From: an uncultured bacterium
GTDB taxonomy: Bacteria > Patescibacteriota > Minisyncoccia > Phycocordibacterales > UBA9973
NCBI GenBank assembly: GCA_903929735.1
Contig: CAIYVW010000022.1
Location: 1 to 59,398, forward strand
Length of the DNA: 59,398 nt
Direction of reading: 5' to 3'
The stretch's first letter is position 1; every line of letters begins with the position of its first letter. Below, piece by piece: positions 1-8,727 of this stretch. Position numbers and translations under genes: made by a program. Under the pieces are notes generated by a model. It saw only the letters and a program-made list of their open reading frames with translations. It was not told the DNA's origin and searched no databases.

Positions 1-76
1 AATAATAAAATTAATAATATAAATTTAGATACATTAATAAATACGTCAGATAGATTTTCTAATATATACAAATGGT

Positions 77-2146
77 ATGCCAATAAAGACCATGTCTGGA
101 AAATTTTTACTAATTAACAATAAATACGCTAAAGCGAAAAAAATGAACGAAAAACCAAAAACAAATCGAGATGATAGAAATAGAAATAATTTTCATTTTC
201 GTAGAACAAATAACATACGTGTAATACATAAAACTGATAGCCCTAAAATTATTACTCCCAATAGAGTAAATACAGAGGGTCCTTCAAATAATCAATTACA
301 CACAAAGAATAATCTGGATAAAAATAACAATAAGACTATGAGTCGTGGTAGTTATCAGTATGGAAATAATAAAGGAGGAAGAAGACCTAAAATGTCATCC
401 CCTATACCTCCTAAAGACAACATCACAAATGTAAAAAAGAAGAAAACAAGTTTGATTCCCCCTCCTGAGTTAGGTGTTATAAGAATAATCCCTCTAGGTG
501 GAGTAGAAGAAATAGGAAAGAATATGACAGCTATTGAAATCGGTAACGATATTATAGTTATAGATGCAGGTATGCAATTTAAAACAGAAGACACTCCAGG
601 TATCGACTATATAATACCAAACACCACATATTTAGAAGACCACAAAGACAGAATAAGAGCTATGTTTGTAACTCATGGACACTTAGACCATATAGGTGGT
701 ATTCCTTTGGTTATGAGCCGAATTGGTAATCCCCCTCTATACTCACGAAATCTTTCTATTTTAATGATAAAGAAAAGACAAGAAGAATTTCCACATCTTG
801 AAGCCCTAAAAACAAATGTAGTTGAGAAAGACTCTGTAGTTTATGCAGGAGATATAAGAGTTAGATTCTTTGGAGTTACACATACTGTGCCTGATTCTAT
901 GGGAATAGTAATAGAAACACCTTATGGAAGTATTGTCACTCCTGGAGACTATAAGCTTGACCAAGTAGATGGAGTAGTTAGTGATGAAGAAGAAAAAGAA
1001 TACGCATTTTTTGATAAAGAAAAAGTTCTTTTACTTTTAACTGATTCCACAAATATCGAGAATGAAGGATATGCTTTACCTGAAATAAAAGTACACCAAG
1101 GACTAGATAAGCTAATCAAAATGTGTAATGGACGCATAATCATAGCTGCCTTTGCTTCTCATATAACACGTTTAGTAAAAATTGTAGAAATAGCAGAATC
1201 TCTCGGTAAAAAAATAATTCTTGACGGAAGATCTTTAAAGACAAACATGGAAGTTTGTGAACAAGCAGGATTATTTAAGCCTAAAAAAGGAACGATAATT
1301 CCTCTAGAAGAAATTGATAAATATCCTCCAAATAAAATAATTATACTAATGACGGGTGCTCAAGGTGAAGAGTTTGCTGCTTTAAACCGCGCTGCAAATA
1401 AGACACATAAAAAATTCACAATTAAACCAGGAGACACAATAATTCTTTCTGCTTCTATTGTCCCAGGTAATGAAATAGCTGTTCAACATCTCAAAGATAA
1501 CCTTACTCGTCAAGGAGTTAGAATAATAAGTTACAGAACAAGTGAAGAATACATTCATGCAACAGGTCACGGAAATCAAGAAGACATCAAATGGCTTCAC
1601 AGAAAAACGCATCCTAAATTCTTTATACCTATCCACGGATGGCATTCTATGCTTGTTAAACATAAAGAAGTAGCTATGTCTATAGGAATGTCAGCAGAAA
1701 ATATAGTAGTCCCAGACAATGGATCAATTATTGAAATTGTTGATAATGGTACAAAAATAATAACTCGTAAAGAAAAAGCCCCTTCAGGACCAATGATGGT
1801 TGATGGATTTTCTATAGGAGATGAACAAGATGTAGTGATCAGAGATAGAGTGATGCTTGCTCAAGATGGAATGTTCGTACTTATCGCGACTATTGATTCT
1901 AATACAGGTAAACTAAGAAAATCACCGGACATAATTTCTAGAGGTTTTATATATCTTAAAGAGAACCAAGAGTTACTTCACCAAGTTAGAATAATCATAA
2001 AGAAAACAATAGAGGAAGGAGCAACAGGTATGAATCCTATAAATTTCGACAATATAAAAACAAATTTGGGTGATAATATTTCAAAGTTTTTATTCCAGAA
2101 AACAGCCAAAAGACCCCTAGTGATTCCAGTATTATTAAGTATCTAA
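77..2146 (+). CDS. rnj: Ribonuclease J (metallo-beta-lactamase/beta-CASP RNase) with a long basic N-terminal extension
   Basis: 689-aa ORF. The conserved core starts near IRIIPLGGVEEIGKNMT, with MBL motif VTHGHLDHIGG and later HATGHG and PIHG motifs typical of RNase J. The first ~130 aa are K/R/N-rich low complexity, so the true start (alternative internal Met codons in MSRGSY or MSSPIPP) is uncertain. Confidence 0.85.
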   Translation: MPIKTMSGKFLLINNKYAKAKKMNEKPKTNRDDRNRNNFHFRRTNNIRVIHKTDSPKIITPNRVNTEGPSNNQLHTKNNLDKNNNKTMSRGSYQYGNNKGGRRPKMSSPIPPKDNITNVKKKKTSLIPPPELGVIRIIPLGGVEEIGKNMTAIEIGNDIIVIDAGMQFKTEDTPGIDYIIPNTTYLEDHKDRIRAMFVTHGHLDHIGGIPLVMSRIGNPPLYSRNLSILMIKKRQEEFPHLEALKTNVVEKDSVVYAGDIRVRFFGVTHTVPDSMGIVIETPYGSIVTPGDYKLDQVDGVVSDEEEKEYAFFDKEKVLLLLTDSTNIENEGYALPEIKVHQGLDKLIKMCNGRIIIAAFASHITRLVKIVEIAESLGKKIILDGRSLKTNMEVCEQAGLFKPKKGTIIPLEEIDKYPPNKIIILMTGAQGEEFAALNRAANKTHKKFTIKPGDTIILSASIVPGNEIAVQHLKDNLTRQGVRIISYRTSEEYIHATGHGNQEDIKWLHRKTHPKFFIPIHGWHSMLVKHKEVAMSIGMSAENIVVPDNGSIIEIVDNGTKIITRKEKAPSGPMMVDGFSIGDEQDVVIRDRVMLAQDGMFVLIATIDSNTGKLRKSPDIISRGFIYLKENQELLHQVRIIIKKTIEEGATGMNPINFDNIKTNLGDNISKFLFQKTAKRPLVIPVLLSI

Positions 2147-2193
2147 TAAACATACAATGGGTAAGTATTATTCATTGTATATAATTTATCGAA

Positions 2194-3372
2194 ATGAATA
2201 AAATAAATCGAATGTATATTTTGTCATTTTTGTTTACTTTACATATAGCCCTTTCAGCTTATGTTAATTCTACATTTCTGACAAAAATAATGCCTGAAAA
2301 ATATGTTGGTATCTTATACACAATATCTTCCTTAGTAACATTGGTGCTACTTTCTAAGAGTATCAATATGCTTAAACATATTGGAAATCGAAAGTTTATT
2401 CTTTGGGCACTATTGATAAACATGATTTCACTTGTTGGAATGATAACATCTAAAAATCCTTATATAATAGGATCTTCTTTTATTCTATTAAGCACAACTA
2501 ATACATTAGTCATATTTTCTATTGATATATTTATAGAACATTTTGAAAATCCATTAAACATAGGAAAAACTAGAGGTTTATATCTGATGATAATAAATCT
2601 AGCTTACATGTTATCTCCTCTTATAACTGCTTTCTTAATAACAAGAGAAGGGGGTTTTATTTCTATCTATATCATATCATTTATAGCAACTGTAATAATG
2701 ACATTAGGATTATTTTTATCTGTAAAAACCTTTAAAGATAGTACCTACAGAAAAACACCTTTCATAGAAACTTACAATTATCTAAAAACAAATCATCATA
2801 TGATGGCTATTACGATGATAAATTTTATTTTACAATTTTTCTTCGTACTTATGGTGGTCTACACTCCTATTTACCTCTATAAACATATAGGTTTTGGTTG
2901 GGATGAAATTGGAGTCATTTTCACTGTCATGCTTGCTCCATTTGTTATATTTGGATTACCAATAGGAATACTAGTCGATAAATATCATTTTAATAAAAGA
3001 ACTTTACTTTATATTGGAATACTTATAATGAGTATCTCTACTTTTTTAATGTCTTTTATAAGCATGAAAAGTATAGCACTATGGGCTCTAGTCCTATTCA
3101 TGACTAGAATGGGAGCAAGTATCACAGAGACTACTTCTGAAATTTATTTCTTTACTCATATAGGAGAAGAAGACACTTATCTATTAAGTATCTTCAGAGA
3201 TATGACTCCTGTAGCATATATTGTCGGACCATTATTCAGTACTTTTATTTTCTTATTCTTGCCATTTAAATTCCTATTTGCAATACTTGGACTAATTACA
3301 ATAAGTAGTCTATACTACATACCTAGACTTAAACATAATCACAATCATGGAATATCCAATCAGAATAAATAA
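2194..3372 (+). CDS. MFS-type transporter
   Basis: 392-aa ORF with about 12 hydrophobic helices in two halves, separated by a basic central loop (KTFKDSTYRK). No substrate-specific motif recognised. Confidence 0.6.
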   Translation: MNKINRMYILSFLFTLHIALSAYVNSTFLTKIMPEKYVGILYTISSLVTLVLLSKSINMLKHIGNRKFILWALLINMISLVGMITSKNPYIIGSSFILLSTTNTLVIFSIDIFIEHFENPLNIGKTRGLYLMIINLAYMLSPLITAFLITREGGFISIYIISFIATVIMTLGLFLSVKTFKDSTYRKTPFIETYNYLKTNHHMMAITMINFILQFFFVLMVVYTPIYLYKHIGFGWDEIGVIFTVMLAPFVIFGLPIGILVDKYHFNKRTLLYIGILIMSISTFLMSFISMKSIALWALVLFMTRMGASITETTSEIYFFTHIGEEDTYLLSIFRDMTPVAYIVGPLFSTFIFLFLPFKFLFAILGLITISSLYYIPRLKHNHNHGISNQNK

Positions 3373-4051
3373 ATATCTGGCTCTCAATAATTACTCTACT
3401 AGAAAAGGAGCAGATGAGTTTATAAGTAAAGGTTACGTATCTATAAATGATCGTAAGGCAGTATTAGGTGATCTTGTTTATAAAGAAGATCGAGTTAAAG
3501 TAAGCCATAAAGCACCTAAAAAAGAATATGTATACTATGCTTATAATAAAGCTGTAGGAGTTTCCACAAATCCTGATATTAAAACAAAAGATATACTAAA
3601 AGTAACAAAATTTAATGAGAAAGTTTTTCCTATTGGTAGACTAGATAAAGACTCCCGTGGTTTAATAATAATGACGAATGATGGCCGTATTACAGATAGA
3701 CTTCTATCCCCTATTTATGTTCACGAAAAAGAATACGTAGTAAAAGTAGAACCAAATTTTTCAGATAAATTCATTACACTTATGAGTAATGGTGTTTATT
3801 TTGATAAATTCTTAAGTAAGAAATGCGAAGTGTGGAGAAAAACAAGTACTAAAGATACTTTCCACATAATTCTTACTGAAGGTAAGAAAAGACAAATAAG
3901 ACGTATGTGCGAAGCTCTACATCATAAAGTAATAGACCTCAGACGTATACGTATAATGAATATCAAACTAGATAAAATACCCGAAGGTGAATACAGACTT
4001 ATAAAAGGAGAAGAGTTAGATATCTTACTTAAATCTCTAAAATTAAGATAA
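3347..4051 (+). CDS. rRNA pseudouridine synthase, RsuA/RluB/RluE family
   Basis: N-terminal S4-like segment (INKYLALNNYSTRKGADEFI), catalytic-Asp motif GRLDKDSRGLIIMTNDG and KKRQIRRM motif. Overlaps the upstream gene by 26 nt. Confidence 0.85.
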   Translation: MEYPIRINKYLALNNYSTRKGADEFISKGYVSINDRKAVLGDLVYKEDRVKVSHKAPKKEYVYYAYNKAVGVSTNPDIKTKDILKVTKFNEKVFPIGRLDKDSRGLIIMTNDGRITDRLLSPIYVHEKEYVVKVEPNFSDKFITLMSNGVYFDKFLSKKCEVWRKTSTKDTFHIILTEGKKRQIRRMCEALHHKVIDLRRIRIMNIKLDKIPEGEYRLIKGEELDILLKSLKLR

Positions 4052-4096
4052 AATATAAATATCCTGTCTTCTAAAGAAGACAGGATATTTATATTT
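4051..4096. terminator. Bidirectional rho-independent terminator (perfect 21-bp stem)
   Basis: AAATATAAATATCCTGTCTTC / GAAGACAGGATATTTATATTT with a 4-nt loop (TAAA), lying between convergent genes. A/T runs flank it on both strands. Confidence 0.75.
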
Positions 4097-4109
4097 TATC
4101 TAATAATTT

Positions 4110-5255
4110 TTAATGAATATTACTATTTATTCCATTTATTTTGACTCCTAGCCCCAAAGACTCCATCTGCAAAAAGACCATTATTTGCCATTCTTTAACT
4201 TTTAATAGAGTTCCACGACCGAATACCCCATCAGATTTCAAACCAAGAAAATCCTGAAGTCTTTTAACATCATCACCTCTAATACCCCACTTAAGAGTTC
4301 TTGTTATTGACGTATGTATTTTATTATTTGAATCATTCTGCAACATCTCATAACAAGTATCCAAATGTCCACATTCATTTACAGGTTTTATAACTTTATT
4401 TTTTATATCATTCTCAATATCAGATTTTGCAACAGAAGAATATACATTTATAGTACATTGAGTTCCACTAGTAGAATCAATCCACTTTTGATCTTTGATA
4501 ACACAACTATAATTATGTTCACAATTAATTGTACAACCACCACCTTCTCCTACGTAATATTTTTGTAATCCTGATATTAATTCATCATTTGAAAATGTTA
4601 ATATTGACTCAAATTTACGAGTAGCTCCAGAACTAGTAGAATCTTTTGTTATTTTTATCTTAAAAAAAGAAGACAATACTGAAGTTGTACATTTATACGA
4701 CATTTTATTAGTTCCAATAGCATTACCTACATTTCCTCTACTTTTCCACGTATTAATTGTCTCTGCTTTATATGCAACAGTACCTACAATATTAGGATAA
4801 AATTTTTGACAATACTCTACCATACGATCACCATAATCATTAGAATATTCAGTACTCAAATGCCCACCCGAAACACCATCTGGGTCTGTTTTCCAAGAAC
4901 CTGAAGCTATATCTACATGCTGATTTACTTTACCTGGCCAAAATGAAATTCTAGGTGTTAAATCCGTAGTAGGAGTACTATCATTATTAGCAATATCTAA
5001 AGTAGAATTGCAAACTTGTCCTGTTACACATCCAATTGTATCATAAACTAGATGACCAGTTGTTCCAGTTGGACACTGAGCTAAAGAGGGAGGTTGTGGG
5101 CAGATTGTAATATTTTTAATTGTAAATGGCTGGTCAGATGAATCAGAAGCATAGATAGCACTACCATAAGCAGTAGAAACATATGCTTTATAATTTGATC
5201 CAGGAATTAAATTACTATCTAATGTGTAAATTAAACTTCCTAAATAATTTTCCAT
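4110..5255 (-). CDS. C-terminal fragment of a disrupted secreted multidomain protein (Ig-like half-domain, Cys-rich linker, unknown domain, peptidoglycan-binding repeat)
   Basis: Same reading frame as 5310..5816, separated from it only by one TAG and 18 sense codons. Carries the PG_binding_1-like segment LKWGIRGDDVKRLQDFLGLKSDGVFGRGT. The last ~25 codons look frameshifted (see findings). Confidence 0.55.
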   Translation of the reverse strand: MENYLGSLIYTLDSNLIPGSNYKAYVSTAYGSAIYASDSSDQPFTIKNITICPQPPSLAQCPTGTTGHLVYDTIGCVTGQVCNSTLDIANNDSTPTTDLTPRISFWPGKVNQHVDIASGSWKTDPDGVSGGHLSTEYSNDYGDRMVEYCQKFYPNIVGTVAYKAETINTWKSRGNVGNAIGTNKMSYKCTTSVLSSFFKIKITKDSTSSGATRKFESILTFSNDELISGLQKYYVGEGGGCTINCEHNYSCVIKDQKWIDSTSGTQCTINVYSSVAKSDIENDIKNKVIKPVNECGHLDTCYEMLQNDSNNKIHTSITRTLKWGIRGDDVKRLQDFLGLKSDGVFGRGTLLKVKEWQIMVFLQMESLGLGVKINGINSNIH

Positions 5256-5309
5256 CCTTATACTTTCAGTATGACCTTTATGGATACCATCAGAGATATA
5301 AATTTCGTT

Positions 5310-5816
5310 CTAAGCTGAGGTTATGTTTGGGGACATCCAACGAATTTCAATTTTCCCTCCGACTTCCACAGACTCACCACCATTGTTTGGGGATGTAATT
5401 ACAATTGAAGGAGTTGTTGTCGTGGATACAGTTATATTTGCAGAAAACATGGTCGTAGTTCCTCCTCCTGACCATGGTTGAGAAGCTGTTATTTTAAGAT
5501 TAGTATTACCAGATTTTATCGCTACAAACTCCCAGTAATCAGAACCAAAATTTCCAACAACAGGATTAGCTGTATTAATAACTGGATTTATATGACGATT
5601 ATTTACTAATTGAAGTATTGTATTATCATAAATAGGTGCATCAAAAGAAGCCCCTCCATCTCCAGGGTTTGAAAGTGTTACTTTTATAGTCTGACCTCCT
5701 GTAACATTAAAACTCTTTCCACTATCTGTAGAAACCAGTTCTAAACTGGAAGCATAAACATGACTACATATAGCAAAAGAGACAAAAATAAAAAACCCGA
5801 GTAATAGTTTTTTCAT
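5310..5816 (-). CDS. N-terminal fragment: secreted chagasin-like (I42) protease-inhibitor domain protein
   Basis: Signal peptide MKKLLLGFFIFVSFAICSHVYASS. Chagasin-family pattern LSNPGDGG ... GNFGSDYWEF ... SQPWSGG. The ORF ends at TAG (5310..5312) in the middle of the next Ig-like domain. Confidence 0.6.
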   Translation of the reverse strand: MKKLLLGFFIFVSFAICSHVYASSLELVSTDSGKSFNVTGGQTIKVTLSNPGDGGASFDAPIYDNTILQLVNNRHINPVINTANPVVGNFGSDYWEFVAIKSGNTNLKITASQPWSGGGTTTMFSANITVSTTTTPSIVITSPNNGGESVEVGGKIEIRWMSPNITSA

Positions 5817-5863
5817 TTTAAATGAATTTAGAAACTTATTTTTAATAATTATATTATATCATA

Positions 5864-5895
5864 CAAAAGCCCTGTCGTTTAAGGCAGGGCTTTTG
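5864..5895 (-). terminator. Rho-independent terminator after rpsR
   Basis: 11-bp stem CAAAAGCCCTG / CAGGGCTTTTG with a 10-nt loop, followed on the minus strand by a T-rich tract. Lies 13 nt downstream of the rpsR stop. Confidence 0.7.
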
Positions 5896-5907
5896 TATTC
5901 TAAATTT

Positions 5908-6108
5908 TTATTTAGCTATATAAGGTATCAAACCCATAAAACGAGCACGCTTGATAGCTACTGCTAACTTACGTTGATTCTTTGATGTCACATCTGTGCG
6001 GCGTCTAGGTTGCATACGAGCAGAAGGAGTCAAAAAACGACGTAATAGCTCTACATCTTTGTAGTCTATATGCTTAATATTATTGGATGAAAAGTAATCT
6101 TGTTTCAT
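5908..6108 (-). CDS. rpsR: 30S ribosomal protein S18
   Basis: 66 aa with the typical S18 core RRRTDVTSKNQRKLAVAIKRARFMGLIPY. Classic rpsF-ssb-rpsR gene order. Confidence 0.92.
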   Translation of the reverse strand: MKQDYFSSNNIKHIDYKDVELLRRFLTPSARMQPRRRTDVTSKNQRKLAVAIKRARFMGLIPYIAK

Positions 6109-6141
6109 AATTATTAATTCTTAATTGTTAATTCTAATTTT

Positions 6142-6588
6142 TTAAAATGGTATATCTTCTGCATTTATCTGTTCATCTGGATACTCTATTGTATCTATTT
6201 CCTCTTCTTTCTTAGAAGAAGAGTTAGAAGACGGTGTACTTGGAGAAGATGTTCCTGTACTCTTTGAGCCAAATTGAACTGTATCTGCAATTATTTCAGT
6301 ACGATATTTCTTTGTATTTGTAGCAGCATCATCCCAACTACGAGTCTCCATTCTTCCTTCAATTAATATCTGACTTCCCTTTTTCATATAAGTAGCAACA
6401 TTTTCTGCTGTCTTACCCCATACTACAATATTGTGATAATCAGTTTTCTCTTGTCTGACACCATTTGCATCTTTGTAAGTACGATTAGTTGCTATACTGA
6501 AAGTACAAACTTTATTACCCGATGCTATAGCTTTTAATTCTGGATCACGAGTTAAATTTCCTATAAGGATTGCTTTGTTTAAATACAT
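6142..6588 (-). CDS. ssb: Single-stranded DNA-binding protein
   Basis: N-terminal OB fold (MYLNKAILIGNLTRDPELK ... HNIVVWGKTAE), a Ser/Pro-rich linker and an acidic tail ending DIPF. Confidence 0.92.
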   Translation of the reverse strand: MYLNKAILIGNLTRDPELKAIASGNKVCTFSIATNRTYKDANGVRQEKTDYHNIVVWGKTAENVATYMKKGSQILIEGRMETRSWDDAATNTKKYRTEIIADTVQFGSKSTGTSSPSTPSSNSSSKKEEEIDTIEYPDEQINAEDIPF

Positions 6589-6624
6589 AAATATAATAAA
6601 TAGTTTAAATTATTAATACTTTAA

Positions 6625-7125
6625 TTATACCACAAGAGCATCAATTTCTTTGTCTATTACTTCTTCGTTAATAGGAACCTGATCTTCTGCTTTTACAGTA
6701 GTTCGACGTCTAGGACCTTCTTGCTTACCATAAGCCCTCTTTGTAGACATTGTATTTTCACGAACAGTTTTAATCATAAGATAACGAACTAGTGTTTCAT
6801 TCTTATCTAAATAATCTTTTATAACTTTTGCACTATTTGTAGCACATTCAAACTTAACCCAACCAAAATAACCATAAGAAAACTTTTGCTTCTTGTTGTT
6901 AATTGAACGAGACATTTCATAAGCTAATTCTAACATTTTAGGATATTCATCAGAGATGAATGTTGCTCCTAATTCAATTAGAGAATCCTTAAATTTTGTA
7001 ACTTCTGATCCTAAATTTTCCTCTGCAATTCCTGGAACCATTATATAACCAACTTCATAAATAGATACTTTAGAATCAACAGAATCTAAATTCTCTTCTT
7101 TATTAACTTCTTTTGCTTTCACCAT
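6625..7125 (-). CDS. rpsF: 30S ribosomal protein S6 (with N- and C-terminal extensions)
   Basis: S6 core IYEVGYIMVPG ... LELAYEM ... GYFGWVKFE ... VRYLMIKT, first gene of the rpsF-ssb-rpsR order. At 166 aa it is longer than the typical S6. Confidence 0.85.
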   Translation of the reverse strand: MVKAKEVNKEENLDSVDSKVSIYEVGYIMVPGIAEENLGSEVTKFKDSLIELGATFISDEYPKMLELAYEMSRSINNKKQKFSYGYFGWVKFECATNSAKVIKDYLDKNETLVRYLMIKTVRENTMSTKRAYGKQEGPRRRTTVKAEDQVPINEEVIDKEIDALVV

Positions 7126-7251
7126 AAGTGTTTTAGCGTAAAATACGCTTAATTTGTTACTTTTAATATCATTTCATTATGGACCAATGTGTACTGGTTA
7201 TAAGACCAGGACAAACGAAATGTAGAGTTATACTAACAGAAAATCATAAAA

Positions 7252-7292
7252 AAGTCAAAAACCTCTTGAATCATACTCAAAGGGGTTTTATA
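7252..7292 (-). terminator. Probable terminator after the tatD-like gene (imperfect hairpin)
   Basis: On the minus strand, AAAACCCCTTTGAG-TATGA-TTCAAGAGGTTTTT is followed by GACTTTTTT. The stem has mismatches. Confidence 0.35.
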
Positions 7293-7302
7293 AAAAAATG
7301 AT

Positions 7303-8163
7303 CTAAATATTAAACAATTTACTAGCATTTATAAAGATTTGTTTAGCTACATCAACCTCGTCTAAGCCCTTAATCTGAGCTATTTTTGAAACTATATGCT
7401 TCACATATGTAGGCTCGTTTTGAGAACCTCTATGAGGCACTGGGGCCACATAAGGACTGTCTGTATCAGAAAGTATCATATCTAAGGGAGTTTCTCTGAT
7501 AACAGCTTCATAATCACAAATTTCTGGCTTTGGTTTATAAGTTATAGGACCAGCAAAGGAAATATAAATACCAATTTCAACAAATCTTTTCATATCTTCT
7601 ACACTTCCTGCAAAAAAATGTGAGACTCCTTTCGTATCTCCTCTTGTAGAATACTTCTTTACTAGTTCATATACATCAAAATACGCATTTCGAGATTTAT
7701 CATTTGGATTATTACGAACATGGAGCATCAATGGGATATCGAGCTCATTTGCTAATTCTATTTGAGAAATAAAAGCTACTCGTTGCTTTTCAATATTCTC
7801 TTCTTCTAAATGATAGTAATCTAGACCGCACTCCCCTATGCCGACAACCTTTCCTAATTTTGTGAGTTCTCTGTATTTTTCTTTATCAAAAATTTCTCCA
7901 CGAGAAGTGAATTCTTTACCGTCTGCTCCTAATTCAGATTCATCATGATGCGAAGCTGTAGTATGAATAGGATGAAGGCCGATAGTCGAATACACACCTT
8001 CGTATTGATTCGTCATTTCTACTGCTTTCTTAGAAGTATCATATTGGGTGCCGATATTTATTATCCAAGTATCATTCTCCAATGCACGCAAAATAATTTC
8101 TTCTCGATTCTCATCGAAAACCTTAAAATTCGTATGTGCATGTATATCTATGTATTTGGGCAT
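7303..8163 (-). CDS. TatD-family metal-dependent hydrolase/DNase
   Basis: Motifs IDIHAHTNF, GECGLDYY, LMLHVRN and SDTDSPYV. It lies downstream of metG, with a GATase gene between them. Confidence 0.85.
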   Translation of the reverse strand: MPKYIDIHAHTNFKVFDENREEIILRALENDTWIINIGTQYDTSKKAVEMTNQYEGVYSTIGLHPIHTTASHHDESELGADGKEFTSRGEIFDKEKYRELTKLGKVVGIGECGLDYYHLEEENIEKQRVAFISQIELANELDIPLMLHVRNNPNDKSRNAYFDVYELVKKYSTRGDTKGVSHFFAGSVEDMKRFVEIGIYISFAGPITYKPKPEICDYEAVIRETPLDMILSDTDSPYVAPVPHRGSQNEPTYVKHIVSKIAQIKGLDEVDVAKQIFINASKLFNI

Positions 8164-8171
8164 AAATTTAT

Positions 8172-8726
8172 TTATAAAATTAATTCATTAAAAATCCAAT
8201 TTTTCAAATCAGTATTTGTATCTATCTCTGGATGAAATTGTAACCCAAGAATTGGTTTTTCTTTATGTTTAAAAATTTCAACGCCATCCTGAGAGTCAGC
8301 TATTATATCAAAACAATCAGGCAAAACATCTACACCAAAAGTATGACCTTCAAAAACCTTAATACTATCCCCAAGGATATTTTTAACTGCTTCGTCCTTT
8401 ATATTTATTAAATAATCTCCTTTTATTTTTTTATTTAATTCTTTAACTGAACCACCAAAAGCTACTGCCAAAACTTCTGACCCAAAACAAATTCCTAAAA
8501 TTGGTAATTTAGTATTTTGGATCATATAAACTTCCTCCTTGTAATAATCTGGATGCCTCATTACAGTTGGTATATGAGACCCTCCTGAAAATACAATCAA
8601 ACTATATTCACCTAGATCAATACCTGAGTTAAATTTATCTTTATCACAAACGATCACATCCCCTGGCAAAAATCTTATGAGTTTATCAACGTTATTTGTA
8701 TGATTATTAACTAGCAATATTTTCAT
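8172..8726 (-). CDS. Class I glutamine amidotransferase-like protein (stand-alone)
   Basis: Nucleophile elbow LGICFGSEVLA and the His-Glu pair in LQFHPE. No synthase partner domain in the ORF. Confidence 0.7.
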   Translation of the reverse strand: MKILLVNNHTNNVDKLIRFLPGDVIVCDKDKFNSGIDLGEYSLIVFSGGSHIPTVMRHPDYYKEEVYMIQNTKLPILGICFGSEVLAVAFGGSVKELNKKIKGDYLINIKDEAVKNILGDSIKVFEGHTFGVDVLPDCFDIIADSQDGVEIFKHKEKPILGLQFHPEIDTNTDLKNWIFNELIL

Positions 8727-8727
8727 A

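Larger units (their letters stand above)
4110..5816 (-). pseudogene. Alternative interpretation: one ancestral gene of about 560 codons, disrupted by an in-frame TAG and a 1-nt deletion
   Basis: The frame is continuous across TAG 5310..5312, and a domain straddles the stop. A second lesion at about 4178..4190 shifts the frame within the PG-binding repeat. Confidence 0.5.

Noticed and set aside
5310-5312. TAG reassignment, pyrrolysine, or an alternative genetic code (code 4 or 25)
   Set aside because: TAG also ends conserved proteins at their expected C-termini: the histidine kinase at 53487 and the MacB permease at 32554. TGA ends the ABC ATPase and ApbE in ATGA overlaps. All conserved genes are intact under the standard code and no pyl genes are visible. 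The same gene also has a frameshift, so decay or sequencing error is more parsimonious.
7126-7302. Possible rpsF (S6:S18-binding) leader RNA, or another ncRNA, in the 177-nt gap upstream of rpsF
   Set aside because: I only see short hairpins: AGCGTA-AAA-TACGCT at 7135..7149, about 10 nt from the start, and CTGGT...ACCAG. I cannot match these to the known leader or to SRP, 6S or tRNA signatures by eye. A covariance-model scan is needed.
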